Assembly (NCBI RefSeq): GCF_004010195.1
Contig: NC_057751.1
Span: forward strand, 4,142,961-4,206,960
Direction: 5' to 3'
Length of the DNA: 64,000 nt
From: Chiloscyllium plagiosum
Taxonomy: Eukaryota
The position numbers were made by a program, and so were the translations under genes. The notes beneath the pieces were generated by a model. That model saw only the letters and a list, made by a program, of their open reading frames with translations, was not told the DNA's origin and did not search any database. Numbering within the stretch: the stretch's first letter is position 1; the number at the start of each line of letters is the position of its first letter. Below, in pieces: positions 13,301 through 25,787 of this stretch.

Positions 13301-14447
13301 GGGTAATTTGAACAATTTGAACATAACTCTGCATGGGGGAGTGTTCTGGGATCATGTGGATTGCTGGTTTTACAAAACAGCCAATATTACTCTCCACTGA
13401 AATCAAGGGAGAGCATAATTCAGGCAAAAGCAACAACTGGAATCTATACAGTGCCTACAACTTAGAAAAAGGTGCCTCACAGGAAACCTGGTCAAAGAGA
13501 ATTTAACGTTGCATCCACATGAGGCAGAAGGATTGGTGACTGAAAGCTTGGTTCATGAGGTATGTCTTCAGACGATCAAAGGACAGAGGATCAAGGGGTT
13601 TTGAGATTGGGTTCTGAAACCTTGGTGCCTCACCTGAGCAGCTGAAGGCACTGCTGCCAAGTACAAGTGATAGAAAATGGGGAACGTGGAAGAGCTAGAA
13701 TTGGAAGGCAGCAGGCAGTGTGTCAAACCAGTATAGGTTTCCTAATGGGCAGGTGATCTTGAAAATGCCCCTCTTACATTTATGTTGATTCTTCATCCAC
13801 TTTCAGGTCTTTAAAAAATTATGAAGTGCTGGATATTTGTATTCCATGAGTGCTGCTCAGCTCTGGCTGTGCAATACATCAATTTATACGTTATTACTGT
13901 ATATTTTAATGTTAGATAAGTGCTCGATGTAGTATTGAGATGAATTCATGTATTGTCCTTTCTTATCTTAAATTGACAATTGCTGTTAGATATTTTCAAT
14001 GCGAAGAAAATATTTTTGTACCTGTTTGTTGGTGTTGATGTGTTACTGAAGAGAGAATTAAGAATTGAAATATGTGGCACGTGCAATGTTCATGTATTAA
14101 AAATTGAATTAAAATTAATCCTTGCTTCTTATTAATTTTTAAAGCAATTAAATAATGTTTCAGTTTTTATGGCAGTGCACTGCGGACTCATTAACATAAT
14201 GAGTGTCAGCGCTGGGATCCCTTCCCAAAGGATGTAACACCTTCCAAGGCCTCAGTGCATCTCCAAGCCCTTCACAGCTAATGAAATGCTTTTGAAATGT
14301 AGCCACTATTGTAATGCATCCAAATCATCACAGCTTGGTCACACAGTCATTGCATAAAACAATCTGACCCTGAAATCCAGACAAGTTTCAGTATGCTCAT
14401 TTTTGGGAGCAAGAGCTTATGAAATAAGGTTGGACAGATTGAGCCTA

Positions 14448-14637
14448 AGTTGAAAAATGTGGTGCTGGAAAAACACAGCAGGCCAGGCAGCATCCGAGGA
14501 GCAGGGGAATCGATGTTTCGGGCATAAGCCCGAAACGTCAATTCTCCTGCTCCTCGGATGCTGCCTGGCCTGCTGTGTTTTTCCAGCACCACATTTTTCA
14601 ACTCTGGTCTCCAGCATCTGCAGTCCTCACTTTCTCC
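14448..14637. repeat. Near-perfect palindrome of PLE family A tails
   Basis: 76-bp arms (14448-14523, 14528-14603) with 3 mismatches around loop ATAA; the right copy continues to 14637. Confidence 0.9.
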
Positions 14638-14901
14638 CAGATTGCACCTGACTGTAGGCTGTACAAAATCTCTTTGTAAGATAACCCCACAAACCCAGGT
14701 ATCAGTTGCACGAACCTTCTCTGAACTGTTTCTAATATAATATGTCCTTACATAAGGAAGCTAAAACTATACTTCAGACTGTTCTTACAGCCACACTATA
14801 CAGCTGTAGCATAATGGGCACTCTTTTAAATTTTGTTCACCTTGCATTAAACAACAACATTCTATTTATCTTCCTCATCACCTTATGTACCATCAGCCAC
14901 A

Positions 14902-16330
14902 TTTTTGTCATTTACATAAATGATTTTGTTGTGAACATAGAGGTATAGTTAGTTCGCAGATGACGTCAAAATTGGAAGTGTAGTGGACAGCGAAGAGGGT
15001 TACCTCAGACTACAATGGGATCTTGATCAGATGGGCTTATGGGCTGAGAAGTGGCAGATGGAGTTGAATTCAGATAAATGTGAGGTGCTGCATTTTTGGA
15101 AAGGCAGATCCAGGCAGGACTTATACACTTAATGTTAAGGTCCTGGAAGTGTTGCTGAACAAGGAGACCTTGGACTGCAGATTCATAGTTCCTTGAAAGT
15201 GGAGTTGCAGGTAGATAGGATGGTGAAGAAGGTGGTTGGTATGCTTTTCTTTATTGGTAAGAGGATTGCATGTCAGAGTTGGGAGGTCATGTTGCGGCTG
15301 CACAGGATATTGGTTTGGCCACTTGTGGAATATGGTGTGATTCTGATCTCCCTCCTGTTGGATGGATGTTATGGAACTTGAAAGGATTCAGAAAAGATTT
15401 GCAAAGATGTTGCTCGAGTTGTAGGATTTGAGCAATAGGGAGAGGCCGAATAGGCTGGACCTGTTTTCCCTGAAGCTTCTGAGGCTGCTGGGTGACCTTA
15501 TAGAGGTTTATAAAATCATGTGGGGCATGGATAGGGTAAATAGACAACTTATTTTCCCTGGGGTGAAGGAGTCCAGAATTAGAGGGCATCGGTTTAGGGG
15601 GAGAGGGGGAAAGGGTCCTAAAGGGCAACTTTTCCGTGCTGTGGGCGATGGGTCTATGGAATGAGCTACAAGGGGAAATGGTGGAGGCTAGTCCAATTGC
15701 AACATTTAAAAGGGGTTTGGATGGGTATATGAATAGGAAGGGTTTCGAGGGATATGGGCTAAGTTCTGGCAAATGGGCTAGATTGGGTGAGGATATATGG
15801 TTGGCAAAGATGAGGTACTCAAAGTTTGGGAGAAGATTTGTAGCTCGGGTGCTCATTGTTGTGGTTCTGTTCGCCGAGCTGGGAATTTGTGTTACAGACG
15901 TTTTGTCCCCTGTCTAGGTGACATCCTCAGTGCTTGGGAGCCTCCTGTGAAGCGCTTCTGTGATGTTTCCTCCGGCATTTGTAGTGGTTTGAATCTGCCG
16001 CTTCTGGTTGTTAGTTCCAGCTGTCCGCTGCAGTGGTCGGTATATAGAATCGACAGATTCAATCAATAAGCACATTGACCTGGACCCTATATACCGACCA
16101 CTGAAGTGGACAGCTGTAACTGACAACCGGAAGCGGCAGATTCAAACCACTACAAATGCTGGAGGAAAGATCACAGAAATGCTTCACACGAGGCTCCCAA
16201 GCACTGAGGATGCCACCTAGACAGGGGACAAAACGTCTGCAACACAAATTCCCAGCTCAGCGAACAGAACCACAACAAAGATGAGATAGACTGAAGGGTC
16301 TGTTTCTATGTTGTATATCTCTGAGTCTAT
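14902..16330 (+). mobile_element. CR1-clade LINE 3' portion, interrupted by a PLE at 15815-16278
   Basis: FVIYIND...FADD at ~14953, WQMELNSDKCEVLHFG, DLIEVYKIM, and a CR1 3' tail. Confidence 0.88.
15815..16278. mobile_element. PLE family C insertion with 192-bp inverted arms, nested in a CR1 3' end
   Basis: Arms 15856-16047 and 16087-16278. The spacer region encodes STDSINKHIDLDPIYRPL (PLE ORF-end-like). CAAAGATGAG is repeated at 15805-15814 and 16276-16285. Confidence 0.75.
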
Positions 16331-17289
16331 GACTGTATGACCTGACGAAGGAGCAGTGCTCCAAAAGCTCATGATTTCAAATAAACCTGTTGGACTGTAA
16401 CCTGTTGTTGTGTGACTTCTGACCTGGGTTTCTGGTAGATATAGCGATTGTGGCCAAAATAATCAACTAATGTGAGGGGAGGGGAGGATTCGGGTATTGA
16501 GCTCAATGATCAGCTACGATCATAACGAATGGTGGAGCAGGCTGACTCCTTTCTATAATGTTTCTAAGATTCCATGATCCCTAGTCCAATGACAGTATGC
16601 CAATTTTGACAAGTTCTGTGACCCCAAGCAGAAATAGAACCCAGTGAATCTTTGCAGGTGAAAAGGTTCAAGTTTGAAAACTGATGAAAATGCACATGGT
16701 GAACAAAATTTGTGTCTGTATTCATGCATCAAAAATAGAGAGAATAAGAGCATGGGTTTCATTTATTAACAAGTTAAGGAGCAAGATGTTTAGAGAGGAT
16801 CTGAGAAAAACTACTTTTCACCCAGAGAGCGGTGGATATTTGGAAGTCTCCCTCTCAAGGGGCTCAAGTCAGTAACCCTGAAGTCATTTTTTAAATTTGT
16901 TCATGGGATGTGGGCATTTCTTGCTAGGCCAGCATTTATTGCCCATCCCTAATTGCTCAGAGGGTAGTTGAGAGTCAACCATTTTACTATGGATCTGGAG
17001 TCACATGCAGATCAGACCAAATAAGGATGGCAGTCTCATTCCCTAAAGGACATTAATGAACCAGGTGGGTTTTTCTGACAGCCAACACTGGTTTCATTGA
17101 AACCTTGAGATTCTTAATTCCAGATTTTCATTGAATTCAAATTCCTGCATCTGCCTGGCCGGATTCAAGCCCAGCTCCCAGAACATTTTTGGGATCTCTA
17201 ACTAACAGATTAGCAATAATATTTAAGAAGTATTAAGATCATCTCCCTGCCCCGACACTCATCCCTGAAATGTCTGCATAACAAGGATA

Positions 17290-18475
17290 TCCATGTTAGA
17301 CTCCTACTTATTGACCTTAGTCCTGCCGTCATAATTCCAACAAAACTCATCTCCAAACTCCGAACCCTAGGGCTCTGCTACCCATCTCTGCAAATGTATC
17401 CTAACATCCTGACCCGCAGACAGCAAATAGCAAGAATTGGCAATAACACCTCCTCCACGATAATCCTTAATAGCAGTGCCCTGCAAGTGTGCCTACTTAG
17501 CCCCTTACAATACTCCTTATCCACTCACAACTGTGTGGCCAAATTCAGCTCCAGCTCCATTTACAAATTTGCTTATGACACCACTGTAGTGGGTTGGACC
17601 TCAAATAGCACTGAGACAGAGTGCAGGAAAGAGATGAACAGCTTACTGGCATGCTGTAAAGACAACAATCTCTCCCTTAATATCAGCGCAATGATATTAG
17701 CAACTTCAGGAACCAGAATGCAGCATATGGTCCTGTTTGTGTCAGTAGTGCTGTGGTGGAGTTGGTCAAGAGCTTCAAGTTCTAAAGAGTAAACATCATC
17801 AACAACCTCTCCTGCACCATTGACATCGGTGCCACAGTCAAAAAACCATCTACTTCCTCAGAAGGCTCAGGAAAGTTCATATTTCCACAATGACTCTGAC
17901 CAATTTTTGGTATACCGTAGAAAGCTTCCTGTCTGGACACATCAGAGTTTTGGTACAGCAACTGCCCCTGCCCAAGACTGCAAGAAATTACAGAGAATTG
18001 TGAATGCAGCACAGTCCACGGGCGGCACGGTGGCACAGTGGTTAGCACTGCTGCCTCACAGTGCCAGAGACCCAAGTTCAATTCCCGCCTCAGGCGACTG
18101 ACTGTGTGGAGTTTGCACGTTCTCCCTGTGTCTGCGTGGGTTTGTTCCGGTTTCCTCCCAGAGTCAAAAGATGTGCAGGTCAGGTGAATTGGCCATGCTA
18201 AATTGCCCGTAGTGTTAGGTAAGGGGTAAATGTAGGGGTATGGGTGGGTTACGCTTCGGCGGGGCGGTGTGGACTTGTTGGGCCGAAGGGCCTGTTTCCA
18301 CACTGTAATGTAATCTAATCTAATCTAATCCATTAGGAAAATCAGCCCTCCTCCCCACTGCCTCAGGAAAGCAGCCGACATAATTGGATACCCCTCCCAC
18401 CCCAGACACACTCTCTTCCACCGTGCAGAAGGTACAAGTGTTTGAAAACACTTACCAACAAATTTAAGAACAGCT
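17290..18475 (+). mobile_element. Rex1/Babar-like LINE RT fragment (split by the HE1 SINE)
   Basis: RLLLID....IIPTKLISKL..LGL and LSPLQYSLSTHNC...IYKFAYDTTVVG (degenerate KFADD). Confidence 0.72.
18020..18330 (+). mobile_element. Full-length HE1-type (V-domain, tRNA-derived) SINE nested in a Rex1-like LINE
   Basis: A-box TGGCACAGTGG, B-box-like AGTTCAATTCCC, V-domain (gtttgcacgttctccc...gtctgcgtgggttt), CR1-like tail gggccgaagggcctgtttcc and (TAATC)n end. Confidence 0.9.
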
Positions 18476-18914
18476 TCGTTGGAGGCACAGTCTCTGGACC
18501 TGAAACATTAACTCTAATTTCTCTCTGCAGGTGTTGCCAGACTTGCTGAGAGTTTCCAGCAATTTGTTTTTGCCCCTCATCTTTGAGTTGGTCTGTCTCT
18601 GCACCCCCTGGACAGCTGCAGCCGCGTTATGTTCCATTACCCTGATGCACTCATGTAAGGGATGAATTCTCTGGTTTGTCTGCAAAACAAGACTGTTCAC
18701 TGTTTTGGGGTACTGTGACAATAATAGATGAAATCAAAACAAAATGAGCACGTGATACGATGCACCCCACACACACACACAGGTCGGAACCCAGTGCTGG
18801 GCAGAACCAGACCTGAGCCTGGTTGACAGAGTCGATCGCACTTGTGCGAGTCTCCAACAAAGACCAAATGTCCTTCTGACAACAGCCACTGGGGGAGCTC
18901 CTGAGCTGCCTGCC

Positions 18915-19634
18915 TTCGTCATGCAGGAACGCAGCGTGCTCGGCCCTTTTCGGAGACCATTCGGAAGACGACGCAGGGCTCGCCCGAGCGCTGCGACCCG
19001 AAGGAGCTTCGGTCCCAGCGGCGAGGTTTCGCGAGAAGACACTCGATCATTTCCGGAGGGTGGGCGACGCAGGCGCGGGGTGGGCGGGGCGAAGCGGTTT
19101 CCGCCGAGGATGACGCAAGGCGCGTTCGCCTCGCCCACCCGGGCGCTCGGTTTTTTCCGGAAGGTTCCAGTTGGTGTCCAACCGGGCTCGGCGTGGGGCT
19201 GGGAGATGACGCAAGGATGGGCCGCGGCGTGTCCAAGGCTCGGCAATTTCCGGAGTGTTTCGGAAGGAGCCGCTGGTTGTTGTTGTTGGTGGTGGCGGGC
19301 GGACGGACGGACGGAGGGAGGGCCGGCTGCGTGTGTCCCGCCGGTGGTGGGGACAGGGAGAGTGACCGGGCCCCTCTCCCCCACAGGGGGACGCCATGTC
19401 GGGTCCAGGTCAGAAAACCGAGAGCCGCGCCATCCCCACTCCCACCCGCCGGGTGATGGTCACCGACTCGGGCCAGTTACCACCCGATTACAGCACCACC
19501 CCCGGGGGCACCCTGTTCAGCACCACCCCAGGAGGTAAGGCCCGGGAGGTGGGGGGGGGCGGCGGAGGGGGAGGGGGGCGGAGTCTACCACACCCCCCAC
19601 ACCACCCCCCACACAACCCCCCCCGCCACACCCC
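18915..19634 (+). promoter_or_regulatory. CpG-island promoter/5' region of EIF4EBP1
   Basis: Abrupt rise in GC and CpG density in an otherwise CpG-poor window. GC box GGGCGGGG at ~19082, repeated TTCCGG(A) ETS-like motifs, two GATGACGCAAGG motifs. Surrounds coding exon 1. Confidence 0.85.
19396..19534 (+). CDS. EIF4EBP1: eIF4E-binding protein 1, coding exon 1
   Basis: gccATG context; [46 protein letters not shown] with RAIP motif and both TTPGG phosphosites; G|gtaagg donor (phase 1). Confidence 0.95.
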
Positions 19635-20252
19635 NNNNNNNNNNNNNNNNNNNNNNNNNNNNNNNNNNNNNNNNNNNNNNNNNNNNNNNNNNNNNNNNNN
19701 NNNNNNNNNNNNNNNNNNNNNNNNNNNNNNNNNNNNNNNNNNNNNNNNNNNNNNNNNNNNNNNNNNNNNNNNNNNNNNNNNNNNNNNNNNNNNNNNNNNN
19801 NNNNNNNNNNNNNNNNNNNNNNNNNNNNNNNNNNNNNNNNNNNNNNNNNNNNNNNNNNNNNNNNNNNNNNNNNNNNNNNNNNNNNNNNNNNNNNNNNNNN
19901 NNNNNNNNNNNNNNNNNNNNNNNNNNNNNNNNNNNNNNNNNNNNNNNNNNNNNNNNNNNNNNNNNNNNNNNNNNNNNNNNNNNNNNNNNNNNNNNNNNNN
20001 NNNNNNNNNNNNNNNNNNNNNNNNNNNNNNNNNNNNNNNNNNNNNNNNNNNNNNNNNNNNNNNNNNNNNNNNNNNNNNNNNNNNNNNNNNNNNNNNNNNN
20101 NNNNNNNNNNNNNNNNNNNNNNNNNNNNNNNNNNNNNNNNNNNNNNNNNNNNNNNNNNNNNNNNNNNNNNNNNNNNNNNNNNNNNNNNNNNNNNNNNNNN
20201 NNNNNNNNNNNNNNNNNNNNNNNNNNNNNNNNNNNNNNNNNNNNNNNNNNNN
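19635..20252. other. Assembly gap (618 N) after a G/C-run tract in EIF4EBP1 intron 1
   Basis: Run of N. Confidence 1.
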
Positions 20253-21225
20253 CTCATTGCCCCCCCTCCCCCAATCTCTGACTTTGCATGTTGTATTGTT
20301 GAGCTGGCTGGTATTTGACTCCACCAAAGCTGCTTTCATAACCCACTTTGGAACTCATGAGTTTTTTAGTTTGTCTGCTCTCTCTGCACTCAGTGAAAAT
20401 GATCCTTCAGGCAAGCCTGTCATCAATCTGAGGCCAGTTGTTTGTCATGTTAGGTTTGTGAATTGAAACATTAACCTTTTCAACAATGACCATTTTATTT
20501 TCATTTTCATGCTTTGAAGTGAATTGGGGAAACTGTTGACCATAAGGAGCAGATTATGCCATTTGGCCCATCGGGTCTGCTCCACCAATTAATCATGACT
20601 AATATGTTTCTCAACCCCATTCTCCGGTCTTCTCCCTGTAACCCTTGCCCAATTAAGAATCTCTGCTAATAGAAACATCTTCTCCATGTCCACTCTAACC
20701 AGATCTTCTGTTTTTGGTAAGTTTCTTGCCTCACTCCTGCCTTTTATGTGTCTTAAAAAAACTTTTGCAATCTTCTTTTATATTATGAGCTAGTTTACAC
20801 ACGTTTCATCTGCTGCTGTCTTGTTGCTTGTTTAGTTGCTCTCTGCTGGTTTTTAAAGGCTTCCCAATCCTCTGGCTCCCCACCAGTCTTCACTGTATTA
20901 TATGCTTTTGCTTGATGTTTTCCTTGATTCCCCTTGTCAGCCATGTTTGCTTCTTTGTGAGTTTCTTCTTCCTTGGGATGAATTTGTCTCCAATTACCCA
21001 CAGGAAGTCCTGCTCCACTGTCTGCACTGCTAGGCTCCTCAACAAACTTCCAAACTCCAAAAACCCTCGTTCTTTGGGAGCTTGACCCCACATGTTTTTT
21101 TCGCCTGCTTTTAATAAAAACCAAAGCGAGCTACATTGCTGGGCACAGAGCAGACAGCTCATCTCCAAGTTTATCACACTTCAAAAAAAATTGCCAGAAC
21201 AGGTCCCTAAGCTACCTAATCAAGT

Positions 21226-21366
21226 GGGCGGCACGGTGGCACAGTGGTTAGCACTGTTGCCTCACAGCGCCAGAGACCCGGGTTCATTTCCTGCCTCAGA
21301 CTTGTTGTGCTGAAGGGCCTGTTTCCATACTGTAATGTAATCTAAAAAAAATGTAATCTAATCTAA
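21226..21366 (+). mobile_element. HE1-type SINE with internal deletion
   Basis: tRNA-like head joined directly to the gaagggcctgtttcc/(TAATC)n tail; V-domain missing. Confidence 0.75.
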
Positions 21367-21369
21367 AAG

Positions 21370-22470
21370 TCTGCCTCTTCAAACCTCACCAAATCAAGAA
21401 TTGCTTGTTCCACTCGTGGGCTCTATCACAAGCTCTCCAAAACTCCATCTCATAGACATTCTACAAATTCCTTTTCTTAAGAGCTGCTACCATCCTGATT
21501 TTCCCAGTCTACCTGTATATTTAAGTCCCCCATGATTATTGTGATAATGCCTTAAAGTTGCTTATTCTATCTCCTGATTTATTTTCATCACCACGTTTTG
21601 ACTACACAACTGCCTGTATACACCACCTATCAGGGTTGTTTTACCTTAGCAGTTCCTGACCTATACCCACACAGATTCTACACCTTCCGACTCTGTATTA
21701 CTTCTTGCTATTGATTTAATTCCATTGCTTCCGAACATGGCAGTCCCACCCCATCTGCCTGTCCTTTTGCTGGGATGTGTATCCTTCGATAGTTCGTTCC
21801 CAGGTCTGATCCCCTTGCAGCGACATCTCTGATACCAACAACATTGTACCCACCAATTTCAATTCGCACCATAAGCTCATTTCCCTTGGTTTGTGTGCTG
21901 CGTGCTTTCAAGTACAACACCCTCAGTCCTGCATTGACTGCCCCCCTTCTCAGATGTGTCCCCTCATCTGCTGTGCCTGAGGTTAGATTCCTGACCGTCC
22001 CATACTCTGTCGTATTACTTGTTCTGGATACTTTTAATAACTTCTCCCTCCTTTTGAGTATTTTTCATAATTTTACATGTAAATGAAGCCCTATGCGCAG
22101 CCCGCGTTAGGCAATTCCCCAGGACTCTGATCCCAGTCATTCAGATTGAGCCCATCCCATCAGAACAGCTCCCTCCTTCCCTAGTACTGGTGTCAATATC
22201 TAGTCAATTTGAGCCTGTTTCTCCCCTCTGAATCTGAGCTGCGCATATCCCTCTTGAATTTGTTGACCCCGTGCTGGTTGCCCATGGCTCAGATAGTAAT
22301 CTAGAGATTATTGCCTTTTTGGTTCTGTTTTTTATTCAGATTTAGCTGCTCATAGTCCCTTCGCAGTACTGCTTTGCTCTTTCTACTTGTATCATTGGTG
22401 CCACAATAACTGAATCTTTCCCCTCCCACTCCAAGTTCCTCTGTGGCCCAGATGAGAAATTCCCACTCTA
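21370..22470 (-). mobile_element. CR1-clade LINE internal fragment including the APE endonuclease start
   Basis: LYLKARSTQTKGNELMVRIEIGGYNVVGI resembles the CR1 ORF2 N-terminus (LYxNARS...DEL...YDVVxITE). Confidence 0.7.
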
Positions 22471-22878
22471 CCTGCACGTTGAAGTCCTCCCATGATTATT
22501 GTAGCATGTACATCTTACTTGGAAGTGCATCGTAAAATAGGTCTGAGTCAGCAGTTTCAGCAAGGAGAGGGCAAATCTGTTAGAATTCTTTGAGGAGGTA
22601 ATGAGCAAGTCAGACAAAGGAGAGCCAGTGATCTCTGAAATACTTGAACCGAAGCACCAGACAGTCTTCAGGATTCTCAATCCTGGCCACAGAGAACCGT
22701 GTCTATTCCCTTGACTAAACTGTCTTTGATCACAATTACACCTCTCTTCCCTCACCACCATCACCACCGGACCCCAATCCAAAAGGCTCCCTGAAGTAGT
22801 GCACTATGATCAATTGCTTGTCCTCTCTCCAAAGCCCCCAATCTCATCCACCTCTGGAGCAAGAGCCTCAAACCTGCT

Positions 22879-23170
22879 GGGAGAAAGTGAGGACTGCAGA
22901 TGTTGGAGATCAGAGTGGAGAGTGTGGTGCTGGAAAAGCACGGCAGGTCAGGCAGAATCCAAGGATCAGGAAAATCAACGTTTCAGGCAAAAGCCCGTCA
23001 TCAGGTATAGGGGCAGGAAGCCTCCAGAGTGGAGAGATAAATGGGTGGGGCTGGGGAGAATGTAGCAAGGAGTACCACAAATGTTGATTTTCCTGATCCT
23101 CGGATGCTGTCTGACCTGCTGTGCTTTTCCAGCACCACTCTGATCTTAACTCAGGACTGCAGATGCTGGA
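22879..23170. mobile_element. PLE family A fragment with partial inverted copy
   Basis: Minus-strand tail 22879-23078 plus inverted copy starting at 23079 (aaatgttgattttcctgatcc). Confidence 0.75.
22977..23004 (-). ncRNA. Minimal hammerhead core, slightly degenerate (PLE family A)
   Basis: Minus strand reads CTGATGA-C-GGGC-TTTT-GCCT-GAAA-CGTT. Confidence 0.5.
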
Positions 23171-25179
23171 AACCACACTTTTGCCTACAGTGTTGAAGGA
23201 GGCTACTTGACCCAGTGTGTTTGCACTGGCTCTCTCCAAATGAACATTGTCACTTGGTACCATTGTCCCAACTTGATATCCTGTACGTTATTTCTGTTAA
23301 AATCATCATTTCATGCCCTCTTGAATGCTTCATTTGAGATTGGCTCCACCACTGCTTCTCAGCAGTGCATTCCAGACCCAAACCATGACTGCACACCATC
23401 CTCCAACTGAGGTTGATCTGACATCATGTACAGGTTCAGCATAACCTCTCTGCTCTATGCCCCAGTTCATGAATCCAACAATGCTGTGTGCTTTATTAAC
23501 CACACTTCATCAGCCCTGCCATGTTTAATGGCTAATGCACATAATTAATTAGACCTCTCTGCTCCTACACGTCTTTTAGAAACTTACTTTTATTGCATGT
23601 GGTCTTTCTTTGTTCTTTGTATTGATTAAGCCCAATCAGTGCTGAGGTTTCTGCTAGTATGTGAAAACTTCACTTTTCTTTACTTGTAGTTTAGTCACTG
23701 TAGTCATGTTGGAATCGTGTCACCTGATACGTGCACATGTCAGGGACTGGGTTACCTGCTTTGATTATGCTCAGTGAGTGACACATATTAATCAGGTCAC
23801 TGAGGAGAACTTCCCCAGCTCCAATGAAATATTTTCCAGCCATTTAACAGGACAGATGGGGCAGCAGTTTAATATCTCATCCGAAAAGTGACACCTCTGA
23901 CAGTGCAGCACTCCTTACAACAGGCACGAGTCCCTGAAACCCTCGACTTTCTGACTCTTGAGATGACAGCACAGCCAGGCACCCTCTTGCTCAACCAATC
24001 CATACGCTTGGCTCGTTCAACATGTGGTGTCTGTGTATTGAAAATAAATGGCAAAGATGTGGGCCAGTGTTGCTGTTGGATATTTGTGCTTTGAGTCTGT
24101 TCCCCTCAGTTACTTTAAAAGAAGATTCTCAGGAATTCTGAAGAACACGAGGTCAAGATCAGAGGTGGTGCTTCTAATTTTGGAATCAAACGTGTGTTGC
24201 ATTGAGATTGATGTTCTCTTCTTGCTGCTGTCGTCTTTTCCTTCCTCTCTGTTTAGTGAACAGTACCTGAGCATGATAAGATCTGTATTCGGTGGTAGCA
24301 TAAGAATGTTGCAAGACAAGGCATGGCTGCAGCTCTTCCACTCAGTTGCACAATAACTTGAAGAAACGTTTTCCTGTATCATTTTTCTCCAGAGTTTGTC
24401 AGTCAGAAGAATGTTGCCTCACATTGAAATGGGCTGTGACTTGGTTTGGACATCACTGCAGTGAGATTTTCCTTGGATTGGAGAGCTGGGCCTGGCGTGG
24501 AATGTGGAGATACTGGGAATTTGAAGCACTGGAAGCAGATTTTTGGTATTTGGTTTCAAAAGGGAATTGGGTGTATATCCCAAGCAAACATTTGCAGGGT
24601 CTGGGAAATAACAGGAGAGTGTGACACACTAGATATGCGATGCTGGTTCTTTCAAAGTGCTTTGTGTCATGTGACTTCCTCTTCTGTGTCCTTACACGGA
24701 TGTGGGTGTCACTACTTAAGTCTGCATTTATTGCTGATCCTTATTTGCACTTGGCAACTTGGTGGTGAAAGGCCATCTTGAGCTGTGGCAGTCTATACCA
24801 GTAGGACACAATGTTTTGGGGAAGGAGTTTCAATTTTGATCGACGGCAAGTGAGGAGCTACTGCATGTGTTGGTTAAGGGTCAATCATACTGCTTTGTAT
24901 CTGGAGTCACATGTAGCTAGACCTTGTGAAGATGGTAGAGTTCCTTCCTTAAAAGATATCAGTGAACTACATGGGTTTATGACCATTAACAGTGGTCGCC
25001 TAATCGGCGTTTGGTTTGCAATTTGTTCCAGAGTTTTGGTTTTGATTTCAAGTTTCGCCATCTGCCATGGTAGGATATGAACGCATGCTGCTACAGCATT
25101 ATCCTGTGATTCTGGGTTACTAGTCATAACACAACCATAAACCACTACATGACCCCCACAAACACCACCTCCCCTCATT

Positions 25180-25450
25180 TAAAAGGACAGGCCTGTCAAT
25201 CCATCATAGAACTGCAATTCAATCTTGACAAGTGTTTTGCATATACACTGTTCCAACATTGTTTCGAGGGTTCTGTTATTGATGGTGTCCAATGCCTTTG
25301 TGACGTCCATGAAAATGAAGTAACAGAAGTCCATGTTCTATATGAGTCATTTTTCCTGGATTTGTGTCATCACGACCACAATGCTGCAACCTGGGTGAAG
25401 ACTGCACTGGGCCTTGGTTAGATTGATCTCCAACTCAAAAATGTCCCATC
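25180..25450 (-). mobile_element. Degenerate RTE-like reverse transcriptase fragment
   Basis: Minus strand QCSLHPG...FIFMDVTKALDTIN...FYDG resembles RT subdomains (F.D..KAFD). Confidence 0.45.
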
Positions 25451-25787
25451 AGAATGCTTCAAGCTCAGCTATGAACATAGGGGAGAGCTCCATCATTGCC
25501 ACTCTGCTACCTATGCTTTTGTAGGGAGCATCAATCACGTTATGAAAGTTGTTCATCATCATTTCTGCATTCCACCTTCGGGAAGTGACTATCAAGGAAA
25601 ACCTGTATCTTATCAGGGCGCACCACTTTAAATATTTCTGCAGGGTTTGATTCCACTGTCTCCTCAGCCTTGCCTGAATTCATCTGCTTAATAACTTTGT
25701 TGATTTAATCAACAGATGCATGCAAAGCACCCTTTCTGATCATGGTCACTGAGAAATCTGGTTGAGGGCTATCAGGTTGATAGTATG

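Noticed and set aside
10142..13436. ORFs of 115-177 aa downstream of RHOBTB2
   Set aside because: No recognisable domains, many non-ATG starts, no supporting exon structure; probably chance ORFs in UTR or intergenic DNA.
18020..18095. tRNA-like sequence with A and B boxes (also 21226, 25788, 39205, 50075-50149)
   Set aside because: These are SINE heads continuing into V-domain and LINE-like tails, not stand-alone tRNA genes.
18734..19538. Overlapping 100-216 aa ORFs on both strands
   Set aside because: Stop-poor GC-rich CpG island with low-complexity translations; only the EIF4EBP1 exon 1 frame has recognisable homology.
19396..20466. 356, 283 and 246 aa ORFs
   Set aside because: Artefacts of reading through the 618-N gap; the real exon ends at the donor at 19534.
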